DNA from: Squalus acanthias
Lineage: Eukaryota
Assembly: GCA_030390025.1 (NCBI GenBank)
Contig: CM059437.1
Coordinates: 53,010,001-53,074,000, forward strand
Direction: 5' to 3'
DNA length: 64,000 bases
The position numbers and the translations under genes were made by a program. Every line of letters begins with the position of its first letter. Position 1 is the first letter of the stretch. The notes under the pieces were generated by a model. It had not been told where the DNA came from and did not search any database. It saw nothing but the letters and a program-made list of their open reading frames with translations. Below are positions 59,727-64,000 of this stretch, piece by piece.

Positions 59727-62410
59727 CATAGAATTGAATGGTTACAGCACAGAAGGAGGCCATTCGGCCAGTCGAGCCCATGCCAACTCTCTACAAGAGC
59801 ACTTTAGCTAGTCCCACTCCCCCGCCCTTTCCTCGTACCACTGCAAACTTTTTTCCTTCAGCTATTTATGCAAGTCCCTTTTGAAAGCCACGATTGAATC
59901 TGCCTCCACCACCCTCTCAGGCAGTGCATTCCAGATCAGAACCATTCGCTGTGTAAAAAAGTTTTTCCTCATGTCGCTTTTGGTTCTTCTGCCAATCACC
60001 TTAAATCTGTGTCCTCTGGTTCTTGACCCTTTCGACAATGGGAACAGTTTCTCTCTATCTACTCTGTCTAAACCACTCATGATTTTGAACGAAACTCCTC
60101 TCAACCTTCTCTGCTCGAGGAAGAACAACCCCAGCTTCTCCAGTCTCTCCACATAACTGAAGCCCCACATCCCTGCGACCATTCTTGTACTTCTTTTCTG
60201 CATCCTCTCCAAAGCTTTCACATCCTTCCTAAAGTGCGTTGCCCAGAATTGGACACAATACCCCAGTTGAGGCCGAGCCAGTGTTTTAGAAATGTTCAAC
60301 ATAAATTCCTTGCTTTTGTACTCTGTGACTCTATTTATGAAGCCCAAGGTCCTGTATGATTTTTAATTGCTTTCTCAAACTGCATTGCCACCTTCAACGA
60401 TTTGTGCACATATACCCGCAGGTCTCTCTGTTCATGCAGCCCCTTTAGAATTGTATACTTCAGTTTATATTGCCTCTCCTCATTCTTCCTAACAGAGTGC
60501 ATCACTTTGCACTTTTCTGCTTTAAATTTCATCTGGCACGTGTCCGCACATTCCACCAACCTGTCTATGTCCTCTTGAAGTCTATCACTATGCTCCTCAC
60601 TGTTCACTATACTTCCAAGCTTTGTGTCATCTGCGAATTTTGAAATTCTGCCCTGTACACCCAATTCCAGGTCATTAATATATGTCAAGAAAAGCGGTGG
60701 TACTAGTACCGACCCCTGGGGAACACCACTGCCTACCTTCCTCCAGTCCGATAAACAACCGTTCACCACTACTCTCTGTTTCCTGTCACTTGGACAATTT
60801 TGTATCCATGCTGCAACTCTCCCTTTTATTCCATGGGCTTCAACTTTGCTGGCAAACCTATTATGTGGCACTTTATCAAACGCCTTTTGGAAGCTCATGT
60901 ACATCACATCAACCTCATTGCCCTCATCAACCCTCTGTTACCGCATCAAAAATCTCAATCAATTTAGTTAAACACGATTTGCCTTTAACAAATCTGTGCT
61001 GACTTTCCTTACTTAATCCATCCTTGTCCAAGTGACTGTTAATTTTGTCCCTGATTATCGTTTCTAAAAGCTTCCTCACTACGAGGTTAAACTGACTGTA
61101 GTTGCTGGGTTTATCCTTGCACCCTTTTTTGAACAAAGGTGTAACATTTGCAATTCTCCAGTCCTCTGGCACCACTCCCGTATCTAAGGAGGATTGGAAG
61201 ATTATCGCCAGTACCTCCACAATTTCCATTTTTACTTCCCTCAGCATCCTTGGATGCATCCCATCCGGTCCTGGTGACTTATCTGCTTTAAGTGCAGCCG
61301 GTATTTCCAGTGCCTCCTCTTTATCAATATTTATCCTATCCAGGGTCTCAACTACCTCCTCTTTCACTATGACTTTGGCAGCATCCTATTCCTTGGTAAA
61401 GACTGATGCAAAGTGTTCATTTATTACCTCAGCCATGCCCGCTGCCTCCATGTGTAGGTCTCCATTTGGTCCCTAATTGGCTCCACCTCTCCTCTTACTA
61501 CCCGTTTATTATTTCTTTGCCTATAGAAGACTTTTGGATTCCCTTTTATGTTAGCTGCCAATCTATTCACATACTCTCTCTTTGCCCCTGGTATTTCCTT
61601 TTTCACTTCCCCTCTGAACTTTCTATATTCAACCTGGTTCTCACTTGTATTCTCAATCTGACATCTGTCATACCGCCCCTTTTTCTGCTTCATCATACTC
61701 TATCTCTTTCGTCATCCAGGGAGCTCTGACTTTGGTTGCTCTACCTTACCCCTTGTGGGAATGTACCTCGATGATACCCAAACTATCTCCTCTTTAAAGG
61801 CAGCCCTTTGTTCGATTACAGATTTGCCTGCTAATTTTTGATTCCGATTTACCCGAGCCAGATCCATTCTCAACCCTCTGAAATTTGTCGTCCTCCAATT
61901 AAGTAGTTTTCATCTAGATTACTCCCTGTCCTTTTCTATCGCTAATCTAAACGTTATGATACTATGATCACTGCTCCCTAAATGTTCCCCTGCTGACACT
62001 TGCTCCACTTGACCCACCTCATGCCCAAGAACCAGTTCCAGCAATGCCTCATTCCGCATTGGGCGGGAAACGTACTGACCAAGAAAGTGCTCCTGAACGC
62101 ACTTCAGAAATTCGTCCCCTTCTCTGCCCTTTACACTATTACTATCCCAGTCTATATTAGGATAGTTGAAATCTCCCATTATCTCCCTCTATAGTTCTTA
62201 CACCGCTCTGATATTTACCAGCAAATTTGCTCCTCTATTTCCTTCCCACTAGTTGGTGGCCTATAGAATACACCTAGTAGTGTAATGCCACCTCTATTGT
62301 TTCTTAACTCTAACCAAATAGATTCAGGCCTTGACCCCTCCAGGATATCCGCTCTCTACAGCACTGTAATAATCTCCTTTATCAATACTGCCACCCCACA
62401 TCCTTTCTTT
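59727..62410 (-). mobile_element. CR1 LINE (paralog of 13558-16238)
   Basis: MGDFNYPNIDW, FQKAFDKVPH, KFADDTKL. Confidence 0.92.
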
Positions 62411-62969
62411 AATGCGGGAGGATAGCAGAGCAACGAGTAAAATATGCGAGTTCAGGGGTAAGGCAGGGCGGAAACTAAGGGGATGTTTGACCCGGTGGGC
62501 TAGGGGAAGGCAGCGAAGCGGCAGAGGCATCTGAATGGATGGTCTCAATCTTAGTGACGAAGAAGTCCATGAGCTCCTCGTTCTTGTCGTTGAAGATGAG
62601 GGTGGAGGAGGCAGAGGAGTGTGGTTTCAGAAGACACGTGGAGTGTAGGATGGGGCAATTTTTGTTGCTGCTCATAAGGAATCAGCGAAGAGTGCCTCGA
62701 TGTGCTCTTCAGAGGGTGCCAAGAGAGGCACAGAGAATACCTATAGGCTTACCTAAAAGGCTGTCCAGGCTGGGATGTCGGCAGGAGAGTAGCAAGTTCG
62801 TGGAGTCCTGAAGGGTTGGGTAGGTATTTGGGAGGACAGATTATCCGAGAAGGGAGGAATTAAGGAAGGCACGATGACAGGAGAAAGAGGCCTAAGAGGG
62901 GTAAACAGAAAAGAAGAAAAAGGGGGAGAAAAAAGGGGGAATATAAGTGATGGGCTCGGGACCGGCGCA

Positions 62970-64000
62970 GCAGCCCGTCCACAAAAGGCAGGACAAATCC
63001 ACTCCAGTTAATTATCAGCCCAGGAGTCTACTCTCAATCATCAGCAAAGTAGTGGAAGGTGTCGTTGACTGTGCTACAAAGCGACATTTACTCACCAAAG
63101 ACCTGCTCACCGATGCTCTGTATGGTTCCGCCAGCACCACCCTTCTCCCGACCTGAGTACAGCCTTCGTCCAAACATGGGCAAAAGAGCTGACTTTCAGA
63201 GGTGAGGTTCGAGTGACTGGCCTTACATCAAGGCAGCATTTGACCGAGTGTGGCATCAAGGAGTCCTAGTAAAGTTGAAGTCAATGGGAATCAGGGGGAA
63301 TGTTCTCCACTGGCTGGAGTCATATCTAGCACAAAGGAAGATGGTTGTGGTTGTTGAAGGCCAACTGCCCCAGGAAATCGCTGCAGGAGTTCCTCAGGGC
63401 AGTGCCCTAGGCCCAACCATCTTCAGCTGCTTCATCAATTACCTTCCTTCCATCATAACATCAGCCGTGGCGATGTTCGCGGATGATTGCACAGTGTTCA
63501 GGCACAGTGTTCAGTTCCATTCACAACTCCTCAGATAACGAAGCAGTTCATGCCCGCATTCAACAAGACCTGGACGGCATTCAGGCTTGGGCTGATAAGT
63601 GGCAAGTAACATTCGTGCCACACAAGTGCCAGGCAATGACTATCTCCAGCAAGAGAACGTCTAACCACCGCCCCTTGACATTCAACGGGATTACCATCGC
63701 CGAAACCCCCACCATCAATAACCTGGGATTCACCGTTGACCAGAAACATAACTGGACCAGTCAAATAAATACTGTAGCTACAAGAGCAGGTCAGAGGCTG
63801 GGAATTCTGCGACGAGTGTCTCACATCCTGCCTCACCAAAGTCTTTCCACCATCTACAAGGCACAAGTCAGGAGTGTGATGGAATACTCTCCACTTGCCT
63901 GGATGAGTGCAGCGCCAACAACACTCAAGCAGCTCGACACCATCCAGGACAAAGCAGCCCACTTGATTGGCACCCAATTCACCACCTTAAACATTCACTC
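62970..64000 (+). mobile_element. LINE RT fragment (paralog of 17225-18223)
   Basis: GVPQGSALGP, MFADDCTVF. Confidence 0.85.

Larger units (their letters stand above)
49185..64000 (+). repeat. Segmental duplication copy 2 (runs off the window)
   Basis: Colinear with 3325-18223. Confidence 0.95.

Noticed and set aside
1-64000. Prokaryotic systems (CRISPR arrays, operons, defence islands)
   Set aside because: The sequence is vertebrate, with spliceosomal introns; no repeat-spacer array was seen.

Overview
Eukaryotic, repeat-dense genomic DNA, almost certainly from a cartilaginous fish. This is inferred from the cluster-type germline-joined Ig light-chain genes and shark-type SINE/CR1 repeats; the species cannot be determined. 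Three lambda-like (type II) light-chain V-J genes are present, all already V-J joined with no RSS. (1) A + strand orphan L-VJ at 547-1069 is frameshifted and has no sense C exon in the window. (2) A - strand L-VJ-C cluster at 4275-8359 is inactivated by a stop in V and a frameshift in C. (3) A - strand L-VJ-C cluster at 49986-53651 is intact and has only 6 residues in CDR3. Clusters 2 and 3 lie in a >=14.8 kb direct segmental duplication (3325-18223 vs 49185-64000). The rest is nested transposon debris: CR1 and L2 LINEs, two SINE types, a decayed two-gene PIF/Harbinger element and its MITEs, and two families of Penelope-like elements. The most striking structures are a 1753-bp almost perfect Penelope palindrome (23139-24891) and a 216-bp hairpin-only relative (56385-56600). 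Both have TSDs and carry minimal hammerhead-ribozyme motifs, which recur at 8 sites with compensatory stem changes. All alignments and counts were done by eye.
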